A stretch of DNA of 15,775 bases from Candidatus Borrarchaeum weybense (GCA_019057385.1 JAHQJS010000001.1:74871-90645), one strand, 5' to 3'; shown: positions 1 to 8,049, numbered from the stretch's first letter. Program-made: numbers and translations. The notes: generated by a model from the sequence alone, not told the origin.

Positions 1-44
1 TTCTTCTTATGAGGCAGGCAAGCTAACCACTGCTCTACGCCGCA
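1..44 (-). tRNA. 5' half of a tRNA-Met(CAU)-like gene, truncated by the window edge, with an imperfect anticodon stem
   Basis: The minus strand from 44 reads TGCGGCG TA GAGC AGTGGTTA GCTT G CCTGC CTCATAA GAAGA. This gives an acceptor 5' strand, T8-A9, a D-stem GAGC/GCTT with a GG-containing loop, and the anticodon loop CTCATAA (CAT at 11-9). The anticodon stem has 2 mismatches (CCTGC/GAAGA). It starts 3 nt after the stop of the 1124-aa ORF. Confidence 0.7.
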
Positions 45-47
45 ATA

Positions 48-3000
48 TTATTCAAGAAGACCCCGTAATCTTTCTTCGGCCTTTCTTTCAGTAATATCCT
101 CATGCTCATCCACTTGGATTTTACTTTCCTTTTTGGCCTTAGCCTTCTTTTCTTTTTCTTCTTTTTCCTTCTTAGCTTTAGCTTCCTTCTCAGCCTTTTC
201 CTTTTTGGCCTTTGCTTCCTTTTCAGCTTTTTCCTTCTTAACCTTTTCAGCCTTGGCCTTAGCATCCTTGTCTTTCTTCTCTTCTACAGACGAATCCTCT
301 TTAGACTCATCCGCTGGTGTTTCCTCTTCGGAATTTTCTTTCGCCTCAGGCTCTTCTGCTGGTGTTTCCTCTTCCTTCACCTCTTCAGATTCTTTTGCTT
401 CGGGCTCAGATTTTTCTTCCTTGTCATCCTTGTCATCTTTGTCGTCATCTTTCTTGTCGTCCTTATCATCCTTGTCATCTTTGTCGGCCTCTCTTTCGGC
501 CTCAGAAGGAACCACATTTTCTATATCCGCTAGCTTCATTCCATAATCTGCGACCTTACTATACTCTCCAGCCTTGAGAGCATCAGATGCCATCTTAATC
601 AAAGCTTTTACACCTTTGGCCACATCAATCTCGTTAATTCCGCACTCTGCCAACTTCTTGAGAATTTGCTTTTCGTTGTCACCCTCTTTTGTAGCCTTGC
701 CTTCCTCCTGCTTTTCCAGCTTTTCAGCTTCTTTGAGAAGCTCCTCAGCTTTGGCTCTCAAACTCTCCGGAGTTTTTTCCTCTTTCATTTCAATATCCCC
801 TACATTTTCATTTTCAGATTTGTTTTGCTCCTCCGACTTTGGAGCTTCTTCTGTTTCCTCCATGGCTTTTCCGCTTCCATCCTTGTCTTTCTTCTCAATA
901 CCAACCGCTCGTTTTTGATACTGAGTATAATCTTTACCAAATTTCTTAAGCATTATAGCATCAATGAGATCTTCTTTCTCAGGCAATGTTTTAGCCTGAT
1001 CACCCATGGCATCTCTGAGCTCTTGCATGGACATCCCATCAAGGATATCCAGTTCTTTTTCAATGGCGGCTACGTCTTCATTTACTGCAAGGCCTCTTTT
1101 AGCTATCTCCTTCTCAACTTCTGCCTTATCAGATTCATAAGTAGCAATTCGATATCCTTCATCCATATGTTTGTAGAATGCTACGAGTTCATCATCCTTC
1201 ATGTCGTAAATGTGGCAAACACATTCGTTCTTTTCCATTGGACAAGGCTCTCCAGCTTCTTTTCTTTTGCCTACATCGCTCATCTGCTTCTGACGTGAGC
1301 CTTTGAACGGTCCTGTCCCATCCCTTTTTCCTGGCGTTTCCTTGCCTTCCTCCTGCTTCTCGCTTTTAGTCAGGAGCTCGTGATAATCAGTTTCATCCAT
1401 ATTTGATAGAGCATCAAGAGTGAGTTCCCTCAAGCCTTCTTCAGAAATCTTGCCAGTTTCATCTTTCCACATGGAAACGAACTCAGGACTAAAACTAAAT
1501 TCTTTTTCATTAATACTAATGATAACATCAGTATCTGATTCCAGAAGAACGTAAACATCAAAAGTATTTCCTTGTGGATCAGTTACTTTCATCTCCTTCA
1601 TTTCTTTTGGCTCAGGAGCTTCTTTGGATTCGGATTTTCTTCGATCTACTTCTACTACATTTCCCTCAGGGTCAACAAGCTCCCAGGCGGAATCCTCCCA
1701 AGCGAAGCCATCGCCTACAGGAATTTCTTTATGATTAAAAGGTTGAATAAACTTTTCATCCGCGTCAGATACTTTGAAATCTTGAGTAGGATCCGATTTC
1801 AAGCGGATTGTCCATCCTCTAATATCAGGAGCCACTCCATCCAACTCTAAATCTTTCCAGCCTAGATCAGTCCAAGTTGTTAACTCATTAATTTTTCTCT
1901 CATTAGTTTTAGATTCTGCTATCCTTTCTCCATCTTTTGACTCCATTCTATGAGATGGTTTTCCTCTTGGATCCTCTTTACCCACATACACTCCTCCAAT
2001 GGCAGTGGCTATTTTTGTGCCAGCGGCATCGGCCGCCTCTTCACTTACAAACGTAAATATCACAGTTGCGGAACGACTTCCTTCTCTGGTCTTTAGAACT
2101 TGCCAACCATCTCCAAGTGACGCCTTATTTATAAAGATGATATTATTTTCATGTGAGGTAAGCTGCTCATTTACTTTCGACTCTCTTGGCTCTCCAAGAT
2201 AACTCATAACAGCACGGGAAATCAATGTTCGTAATTCTTCATTCTCTGTAAGCTGCTTCCATATAAATTCTTCAGAAAAAGTTTCGCCCAGTTCTTCTTC
2301 TGCTTCCCAAGCCTCCCGGATGATAGCAGCCATATTATGAAGTACAGTTCTTTCCCATCCTCTTTCATCTACTTTCGATTCAGATAACTTATCAACTTCA
2401 GCATTATAAGCGTTCCAATAACTTCTATCAGAACTACTTAATGTCTGACCCTTAAGCAGCTTATCTGTAATATCTCCCATCCTTTTCTTAATAGCAGCTT
2501 TATCCCTATTCTTCAGATCCGTTTTGAATCCTTCCTCTATCTTTGATTCATGCTGCTTACTCGCCGCAAGTCTCTCAGGCTCTTCCTCTTCAGGAGCTAG
2601 AGGCTTTTTCTTAGGTTCTTCATACATCTCTACCTCAGGCATCTCTTCTTCTTCTAACCTAGGAAGGATATATTTCAGGAATATTCCACGCTCTATTGAC
2701 GCTATATCAACTTCTCGGATAGCATCAATTATAAAATCAACTACTGTCTCTTCCGAAACTTCTATATTATGATCCCGAGCTGAGAATCTCTTTACTCCTT
2801 CTTGGTCTACAACTACAAAGTCTTCAATCTCGCCTTCTTCACCTTCATCTGTGATAAAATAGTAATGCGTGTCTTCAGTCTTTCCGAGATATTCTTTCCG
2901 TGCTTCTACTGGCTTTTCAGGTTCTTTTACCTCTTCTGGTGGAGGTGGCGGTGCATCTGGATCTTCCTCATCTGGTTCATAATCTTGCTCTGTTAGCTTT

Positions 3001-3422
3001 TTCCTTCCAGCTTCGGCATTCAGGTCTTTGGATTCTTTAATTTTAGATTCAAAACCTGGTTGGTCTCCTAAATCTAATTCTTTAACTGCATTCAGAATGA
3101 TATCTTCTGCTTCAAAAGTTGTGATTCCAAACTTTCTAGCAGCTTCATCTCTAATACCTATCTCATCATAATGACCCTTGGTATCTATCTGATGCATTAT
3201 TTGTTTCTTAATGTACTCCAGAGCTTCTTGGTATATCTGCTCACCAATTCCTTCATTAGCCCTCTTCTCAGCAAGATCGCTTTCGTGAATCTTATCCAGA
3301 AGATTAGTAAAGCGTTCATCTTCTTTCAGCTTGTCATTAGCAGAGCTATGAACGGTTTCTTCAACCTTTTTCTTCTTGGGCATGCCAGGATTTTCTGCTA
3401 TTAAGTCAAAATATTTATCCAT
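48..3422 (-). CDS. 1124-aa acidic modular protein; probable prohead core/internal head protein or polyprotein
   Basis: Long ORF with an AAGGA SD-like site just upstream of the ATG. Very Glu/Lys-rich, with repeated ESKxxE and [ILV]xE motifs between small globular-looking segments and a low-complexity charged C-terminus. The CDS itself is secure; the function is inferred. Confidence 0.85.
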   Translation of the reverse strand: MDKYFDLIAENPGMPKKKKVEETVHSSANDKLKEDERFTNLLDKIHESDLAEKRANEGIGEQIYQEALEYIKKQIMHQIDTKGHYDEIGIRDEAARKFGITTFEAEDIILNAVKELDLGDQPGFESKIKESKDLNAEAGRKKLTEQDYEPDEEDPDAPPPPPEEVKEPEKPVEARKEYLGKTEDTHYYFITDEGEEGEIEDFVVVDQEGVKRFSARDHNIEVSEETVVDFIIDAIREVDIASIERGIFLKYILPRLEEEEMPEVEMYEEPKKKPLAPEEEEPERLAASKQHESKIEEGFKTDLKNRDKAAIKKRMGDITDKLLKGQTLSSSDRSYWNAYNAEVDKLSESKVDERGWERTVLHNMAAIIREAWEAEEELGETFSEEFIWKQLTENEELRTLISRAVMSYLGEPRESKVNEQLTSHENNIIFINKASLGDGWQVLKTREGSRSATVIFTFVSEEAADAAGTKIATAIGGVYVGKEDPRGKPSHRMESKDGERIAESKTNERKINELTTWTDLGWKDLELDGVAPDIRGWTIRLKSDPTQDFKVSDADEKFIQPFNHKEIPVGDGFAWEDSAWELVDPEGNVVEVDRRKSESKEAPEPKEMKEMKVTDPQGNTFDVYVLLESDTDVIISINEKEFSFSPEFVSMWKDETGKISEEGLRELTLDALSNMDETDYHELLTKSEKQEEGKETPGKRDGTGPFKGSRQKQMSDVGKRKEAGEPCPMEKNECVCHIYDMKDDELVAFYKHMDEGYRIATYESDKAEVEKEIAKRGLAVNEDVAAIEKELDILDGMSMQELRDAMGDQAKTLPEKEDLIDAIMLKKFGKDYTQYQKRAVGIEKKDKDGSGKAMEETEEAPKSEEQNKSENENVGDIEMKEEKTPESLRAKAEELLKEAEKLEKQEEGKATKEGDNEKQILKKLAECGINEIDVAKGVKALIKMASDALKAGEYSKVADYGMKLADIENVVPSEAEREADKDDKDDKDDKKDDDKDDKDDKEEKSEPEAKESEEVKEEETPAEEPEAKENSEEETPADESKEDSSVEEKKDKDAKAKAEKVKKEKAEKEAKAKKEKAEKEAKAKKEKEEKEKKAKAKKESKIQVDEHEDITERKAEERLRGLLE
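130..486 (-). repeat. Coding low-complexity tandem repeats: (DKD)n, EETPA x2, AKAKKEKAEKE-like units
   Basis: 9-nt periodic units (tccttgtca-like) at about 420-483 and AKAKKEK.EKE units at about 130-262 lie within the C-terminus of the 1124-aa ORF. Confidence 0.85.
2617..2640. repeat. Copy 1 of an exact 24-bp dispersed direct repeat encoding PEVEMYEE
   Basis: tcttcatacatctctacctcaggc is identical to 10252-10275. Confidence 0.9.
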
Positions 3423-3445
3423 TTTCCTTGTCCACCTATTCTATT

Positions 3446-3784
3446 TTAGAACCCAAATATATCGCCGACTTTTACTTCCCATTGCTTTTCAATATCATCA
3501 GTATTAGCAGGAGCACCCCCAAGTTGTTTGTACACAATTATATCGTAAGTATCAGCTGGAACGTCTTTCGACATCACTACTGGAAATACGCCAGTCGTTC
3601 CTTCTTCAACTAGTAGCGTTACTGAATTTGCCCAAGTAATACTACCAACCGCCTTCATTTCTTTACTATTCGGATTCCAGATTTTACTATCTGTTCGACT
3701 AATAAGTCTCATATAGTAGGTATTACCAGTATGTCCACATGCATCATGTAAATGCCGTTCTATCCAATCGTTTGGAAGAGCCAT
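3446..3784 (-). CDS. Hypothetical protein, probable small Ig-like beta-sandwich virion protein (about 112 aa)
   Basis: ORF 3446..3793. The ATG at 3784 follows AAGGGG and is the more likely start. Beta-strand pattern LVEEGTTGVFPV...DTYDIIVY. Confidence 0.7.
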   Translation of the reverse strand: MALPNDWIERHLHDACGHTGNTYYMRLISRTDSKIWNPNSKEMKAVGSITWANSVTLLVEEGTTGVFPVVMSKDVPADTYDIIVYKQLGGAPANTDDIEKQWEVKVGDIFGF

Positions 3785-3796
3785 TATCAACACCCC

Positions 3797-4027
3797 TTAT
3801 TTCTTCTTCTTTAACTTCCTGTTATCCAGGTATACTTTACAAGCGAATATTCCTATAGTCACCAAAGCAGTGATCATGCTAATAGTGTACACAAAATGAT
3901 GCTCTAGATGGTTCGTTAACAATTGGTTCATCATATCTACTTTAGCGGATAAACCAGAGACTTCTTCGAGTAGCTTAATCAACAACTCATGATCTGATGA
4001 TGACACCAAAATATTAAACATTTCCAT
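3797..4027 (-). CDS. Small membrane protein (coiled coil, NHLEH, one TM helix, basic tail); possibly holin-like
   Basis: GAGGTGA SD before the ATG. Hydrophobic stretch FVYTISMITALVTIGIFAC followed by RKLKKKK. Confidence 0.7.
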   Translation of the reverse strand: MEMFNILVSSSDHELLIKLLEEVSGLSAKVDMMNQLLTNHLEHHFVYTISMITALVTIGIFACKVYLDNRKLKKKK

Positions 4028-4268
4028 TATTCACCTCATTCATAACGTTTCGCAAAGTTTGACACTCTCTCTGCCTTGATTCATTGTCATGTAAAGTTAC
4101 TTTAACTAGTATTCTCAGAAATCCCATAAGGTCGAGCAGATCTTTCGGTCCAGCTTGTTCTGGCCTTTTTAGTCTTACTACTGGATCAAACCGCGGATCG
4201 ATTACTGTTATGAGATTTTCTGCTTCCAACCAGCACTTATTAAACTGCTCTCGTTCTTCCTTAGTCAT
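4014..4268 (-). CDS. Hypothetical protein (84 aa)
   Basis: Fills the gap between neighbouring genes, has an AGGA SD-like site upstream, and is predicted helical. Confidence 0.7.
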   Translation of the reverse strand: MTKEEREQFNKCWLEAENLITVIDPRFDPVVRLKRPEQAGPKDLLDLMGFLRILVKVTLHDNESRQRECQTLRNVMNEVNNGNV

Positions 4269-4279
4269 TTTACAACATC

Positions 4280-4591
4280 CTATGTGTTTATCACATTGCC
4301 TCCAGGCGAGGATCGAAATCCACCAGACTCCTTCCTTATACTATAAGCTTGTGACCACTTCCTGACTACTATATCGTTCTTAATTTCAAAATATACTGCA
4401 ATATAAGGACCTTCACGAAAGGTATAATCAAAGTAATATAGTCCCTCTATCCCCGCCGCAGGAGTAAGCTCGATGTTTGTATGATTGTTTAGATCTGGGT
4501 CTAAGAGATCTACTCTAACTGATACACTATCAGAATTCGCTCTGATATGATAGAAAATCCTATTATCCCCAGGAGGATATATTTCAGCCAC
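4280..4591 (-). CDS. Hypothetical protein, probable Ig-like beta-sandwich virion protein (GTG start)
   Basis: Pattern VRVDLLDPD...IELTPAAGIEGLYYFDYTF..GPYIAVY resembles a small Ig-like fold. Tightly packed in the operon. Confidence 0.7.
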   Translation of the reverse strand: MAEIYPPGDNRIFYHIRANSDSVSVRVDLLDPDLNNHTNIELTPAAGIEGLYYFDYTFREGPYIAVYFEIKNDIVVRKWSQAYSIRKESGGFRSSPGGNVINT

Positions 4592-4611
4592 ATTAACTTC
4601 TCTCTCATTTC

Positions 4612-5088
4612 TTAGCTCACCATTGGTGGAGTATCAAGCGAACTTACTTTAGTATCCAGATTGTCAACTTTTGTTTCGATATCATTCGCTGTTGATTGAA
4701 CGGCGTCTACCTTACCATCTACTGCAGCAACATCACTATCAAGGTTAGCAACTGCAGATTGGATAGAACTTGCCTTACCATCAACATTACCTACAGCCTC
4801 GCCAACACTATGAACATTATGAGCGCCCACTGAATAACGTTTTACAACTTGGCCGTCCCCATTATCTTTATGGATTATCGCTCTCCATTCACCTTGAGCA
4901 TCTGGCGTGAAGGTATTCTTATAGCTTCCGGTGCCTCCCATTTCATCGAGAGTTACATCTGGAAAGTTTGAATCCTTTTCACCATTGGGAAGATAAATCT
5001 CCGCTACAATGGTTAGTCCACTTTCCTTATTTGGAGCTTGATAAAATACTTCAATCTCTTCACCTACTTTAAAAAACTTTTCAGCCAT
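4612..5088 (-). CDS. Ig-like domain plus C-terminal heptad coiled coil; probable virion fibre or decoration protein
   Basis: N-terminal beta pattern (IYLPNG...LDEMGGTGSYKNTFTPDAQGEWRAII) followed by heptads VGNVDGK/ASSIQSA/VANLDSD/VAAVDGK/VDAVQST/ANDIETK/VDNLDTK. AGGA SD upstream. Confidence 0.75.
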   Translation of the reverse strand: MAEKFFKVGEEIEVFYQAPNKESGLTIVAEIYLPNGEKDSNFPDVTLDEMGGTGSYKNTFTPDAQGEWRAIIHKDNGDGQVVKRYSVGAHNVHSVGEAVGNVDGKASSIQSAVANLDSDVAAVDGKVDAVQSTANDIETKVDNLDTKVSSLDTPPMVS

Positions 5089-5101
5089 TTCCTACTTCCT
5101 C

Positions 5102-5494
5102 TCATTCACCTTGAGGTTCCGTTTCTACTTTCAGCCTCTCAAAACCATACTTCGCATCATATACATTTTTGTCCACCACATCGAAATGCATGAGTATTGG
5201 TCTTCCTAAGGATACAGCATCATGAATATAAAGAGTTAACTGTCCTAGTTGATTCGTATCCTCAGCTGTTAAAGTTAAAAAGTACACTCCTGCACAGTTT
5301 GGAATCATGCTCCATTCATGATTAACAATATCAATAACTGTTCCATCAGCCTTTACTATATATCTCCAGTAAAACCAGTTGAGCTCCGCGTCCCATATTG
5401 GATCAATGGGTTCTTCATATCTTCGTGGATGAGCGAGGAGCACACCAATTCGCACTTTTCGCTCCGTCTCATGCCTTAGTTCTCCTGCGAACAT
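5102..5494 (-). CDS. Hypothetical virion-type beta-rich protein
   Basis: The motif GVYFLTLTAEDTNQLGQL...PILMHFDVV..NVYD is a pattern I associate with phage structural proteins (from memory). Confidence 0.7.
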   Translation of the reverse strand: MFAGELRHETERKVRIGVLLAHPRRYEEPIDPIWDAELNWFYWRYIVKADGTVIDIVNHEWSMIPNCAGVYFLTLTAEDTNQLGQLTLYIHDAVSLGRPILMHFDVVDKNVYDAKYGFERLKVETEPQGE

Positions 5495-5511
5495 ATCTCA
5501 TTCTCTCACCT

Positions 5512-5763
5512 TCACATATGTTTCTTTAAGTGCTCAATCTTTTTGTTTGCTTTTTTCTTCTTAACTTCTCTCTCCAACCTAAGAGCATCCAACTTAGTCA
5601 TTTCTTTGCTGACTATCCGTAGAGTTACAGGCAATCTCGTTCTTGTATATTTAGCCCCCTTACCAGAGTTATGAGCATGAATTCTTCTTTTGATATTGTT
5701 GGTGGCTCCACAATAAAGTGTGCCATCACTACACTCAACCAAATATACAACCCAGTTGTTCAT
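5512..5763 (-). CDS. GIY-YIG nuclease, UPF0213 (YazA/YhbQ-like) family
   Basis: [41 protein letters not shown]...ALRLE..VKK matches the hallmark UPF0213 pattern. Confidence 0.92.
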   Translation of the reverse strand: MNNWVVYLVECSDGTLYCGATNNIKRRIHAHNSGKGAKYTRTRLPVTLRIVSKEMTKLDALRLEREVKKKKANKKIEHLKKHM

Positions 5764-5770
5764 ATAATTC

Positions 5771-6601
5771 TCAGTCGCCTTTTACCCACTTCCTGCGCCA
5801 CTCGCCTTCCTCTGCGGCGATCATCACGCCTTCTGCTGAGCCAACAATCGGAGTTTTATATCTTGGATAACTGTACCCTTGAGGATCTATACCAATGAAT
5901 CGCCTTCCATCCGTAGCTATAACCGTGACATTTCCTTGGCCATCTAAAGCGTCAAGAAGGTCGGGGTCTGGAATAGTCTCTTCGAAGTCTTCCAGGGTGT
6001 AAGCAAGAGTATTAAACTCTTCCTCAGTCACTTCGAATGGGCCAACCTGTTCTCCACCTTGCTCGAGAATAGGCTTTCCCTCAGAGTTAACATCTTCATT
6101 AGTATCCTCTGGAATATCTCGAGTTTTGTCTCCGCCTTTCTTGTTCTCCATAGGCTCACTTTCTTCAGCTCTTAGCTTATCGAGTAATTCCAACTTCTCT
6201 TCAGTATCCATCTTATCCAAAATCATTCGGGCTATGGCATAAGGAAGCGGACCTAATTCTGCTTTTTCGTCGAAGAGAGTCTCTATCTTCTCAAGAGGTA
6301 GATTGATTAAAAGTTCAAACAGTTCATCCTCTTCATCAATATCCTCCACCTCTTGCTCTTCAACTTCTGCTGGCTCATCATCCTCCTTGACTCCATCTTT
6401 GTTTTCTTCAGAAGATTCTTCAGACTCCAGAGCAATTACTTTTTCCTTGTCGCCATCTTTGCCTTTTATCTCTTTGGGTTTGCCTCCCATAGAATCCTTA
6501 GCTTCGTCTTGGACATCCACATTCTTGTTCTCATCGTTCTCTACTTTTTCTTTGAAGCTCTCCACCAACTTTTCGAAATTAGCATCGTTTCCTGTACTCA
6601 T
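5771..6601 (-). CDS. 276-aa acidic protein with a C-terminal D-x-Q-G-Y-x-Y-x-R-Y domain; probable internal head or core protein
   Basis: GAGGT SD upstream. Acidic low-complexity N-terminus with LVE, VKE and ILE motifs, and a C-terminal globular segment containing [13 protein letters not shown]. Confidence 0.85.
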   Translation of the reverse strand: MSTGNDANFEKLVESFKEKVENDENKNVDVQDEAKDSMGGKPKEIKGKDGDKEKVIALESEESSEENKDGVKEDDEPAEVEEQEVEDIDEEDELFELLINLPLEKIETLFDEKAELGPLPYAIARMILDKMDTEEKLELLDKLRAEESEPMENKKGGDKTRDIPEDTNEDVNSEGKPILEQGGEQVGPFEVTEEEFNTLAYTLEDFEETIPDPDLLDALDGQGNVTVIATDGRRFIGIDPQGYSYPRYKTPIVGSAEGVMIAAEEGEWRRKWVKGD

Positions 6602-6622
6602 TTATCTCTACCTCATTTCTTG

Positions 6623-7003
6623 TTACAGAACATTATAAATTGTTTCGCTCAACTTTTCCAAAATGCCGGGAATAAGTAAAGCGAACTCTTTATTCCCATG
6701 CTCACACTCGATAATAATATGCGTCAAGAGGCTGCTAATACCTTTAGCCGTGACGACATCATTTTCTACTTTGCCTTCCTGAATTTTCTTCAGGGTTTTG
6801 TATACAGATTTTCCTTTTAGTTTTTCAACAAGAGCATTCAGAACATCCAAGTCAGAAGGAAGCCTATTAAGTTGTTTCTTACATGATTTAAATTCGCCAT
6901 TCTCAAAAAGCTTTCTCGCTTCATCGACTATAGATTTGTATTCTTCTCTGACAAAATACTTTTCAGCTCTCTGTAGCTTGCTGAATAATTCCATGTTGTC
7001 CAT
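6623..7003 (-). CDS. Hypothetical helical protein (126 aa)
   Basis: The ORF track gives 6623..7045. The ATG at 7003 (MDNMELF) has GGAG upstream and is the likelier start. Confidence 0.8.
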   Translation of the reverse strand: MDNMELFSKLQRAEKYFVREEYKSIVDEARKLFENGEFKSCKKQLNRLPSDLDVLNALVEKLKGKSVYKTLKKIQEGKVENDVVTAKGISSLLTHIIIECEHGNKEFALLIPGILEKLSETIYNVL

Positions 7004-7208
7004 GATGAAATACTCTCCAAATAAAGTAGATGAATGCTCCAACATCCAAAATTAGTTTTGTAATTAACCAGCACACAACCGCGTATGCAAGATTTTTCTT
7101 CATATTAAAATTATGAACGAAGTAAATAACAACTGGTGTATCCAGCATCAGTTTTGTAAGTAACCAAGTGATAACTACATAATCAAGTTTTCTCACTCCT
7201 GCTGACAT
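6963..7208 (-). CDS. Small membrane protein with two internally duplicated TM segments
   Basis: YVVITWLLTKLMLDTPVVIYFV and YAVVCWLITKLILDVGAFIYFI are clear repeats of each other. The ORF starts 3 nt after the stop of the upstream Zn-ribbon gene. Confidence 0.7.
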   Translation of the reverse strand: MSAGVRKLDYVVITWLLTKLMLDTPVVIYFVHNFNMKKNLAYAVVCWLITKLILDVGAFIYFIWRVFHHGQHGIIQQATES

Positions 7209-7211
7209 CTT

Positions 7212-7376
7212 CTACCACTTTCCCGTCCCTGGTCTTTTTCCTTTTGTTCCACAACCGGGACAAATATCATAAAGGTACTCGCCTCCTATATCAACGTTCA
7301 GGTTATATAGCATACCACATTCCGGGCAGCAATGTTCTTCTTCATTAAGAACCGCGGGATATTTGTTCACTCCCAT
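7212..7376 (-). CDS. 54-aa Zn-ribbon protein (not in the ORF track)
   Basis: Manual translation MGVNKYPAVLNEEEHCCPECGMLYNLNVDIGGEYLYDICPGCGTKGKRPGTGKW* has two CPxCG knuckles. A strong AAGGAG SD lies 6 nt before the ATG. Confidence 0.8.
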   Translation of the reverse strand: MGVNKYPAVLNEEEHCCPECGMLYNLNVDIGGEYLYDICPGCGTKGKRPGTGKW

Positions 7377-7995
7377 TTATTCTCCTTCTCTCGTTTATGA
7401 ATTTAGTCCAATATTCTCGATTCCAGTTAACTCTACTATTGCATCCTCCACAAAGAGATAATAGATTTTCTGGATCGCAATTGTTCTTGTCATAATCAAT
7501 ATGATGAATCGCCAGTTTCCTACCAAGCTCCTCTTCCTCAGCGCTTTCGAGCTTCCCGCACAACTGACAAATATGATTATCCCTTCCTCTAATCGATTCT
7601 TTTAATTCTTCGTTGAATTTTATAGGATAAGGAAGATTTGAAGAGCCTCCACTCCAATTATGATTATTTTCGCCACTAACTTTTTCCAATACCTCTGGCC
7701 GGTTCATCGCCTCTTTTTGCGCAATACTAATATTCATAACATGTTCAGGTGATAATGTTCGGCCAGTTAATGAACTCTTTATCTTTTCAATAGCTTCTTT
7801 TGAATGACTTTCTCCTTTCCAAGCATTATTCATATTCTCAATGCACTTCTGAGCAATCTCAGGATGTTTTTCAAAATAAGCTTTCATCCTCCCACTTTGC
7901 TTAGACCTTTCTTCAAGGCTTTGCCATCTTCGCTTAGCCGCTACTCTAAGTTTTTCCTTATATTTTTCGTCTCTTGCAAAAACCCTGCTTGGCAT
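7345..7995 (-). CDS. Free-standing NUMOD3 + HNH homing endonuclease
   Basis: NUMOD3-like repeats (HSKEAIEKIKSSLTGRTLSPEHVMNISIAQK), a GENNHNWSGG linker, then RDNHICQLCG...IHHIDYDKNNCDPENLLSLCGGCN (HNH/HNN with Zn knuckles). Confidence 0.9.
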   Translation of the reverse strand: MPSRVFARDEKYKEKLRVAAKRRWQSLEERSKQSGRMKAYFEKHPEIAQKCIENMNNAWKGESHSKEAIEKIKSSLTGRTLSPEHVMNISIAQKEAMNRPEVLEKVSGENNHNWSGGSSNLPYPIKFNEELKESIRGRDNHICQLCGKLESAEEEELGRKLAIHHIDYDKNNCDPENLLSLCGGCNSRVNWNREYWTKFINERRRINGSEQISRGS

Positions 7996-8049
7996 TTCTT
8001 ATCCTGAAATTCACTTCTCTCATCACTGGTAAGTTGAAATCCAGCCCAA

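Noticed and set aside
35-265. 76-aa Arg/Lys-rich minus-strand ORF
   Set aside because: Alternate-frame reading of the AKAKKEK repeats of the 1124-aa gene, and it runs into the tRNA-like sequence.
130-486. CRISPR array or non-coding repeat
   Set aside because: The repeats are codon-periodic, lack unique spacers and lie within a CDS.
7958-8023. Short ORF MREVNFRIRN... overlapping the HNH start, reminiscent of YopX-type N-termini
   Set aside because: Only about 21 codons with no recognisable downstream half, so the resemblance may be chance.
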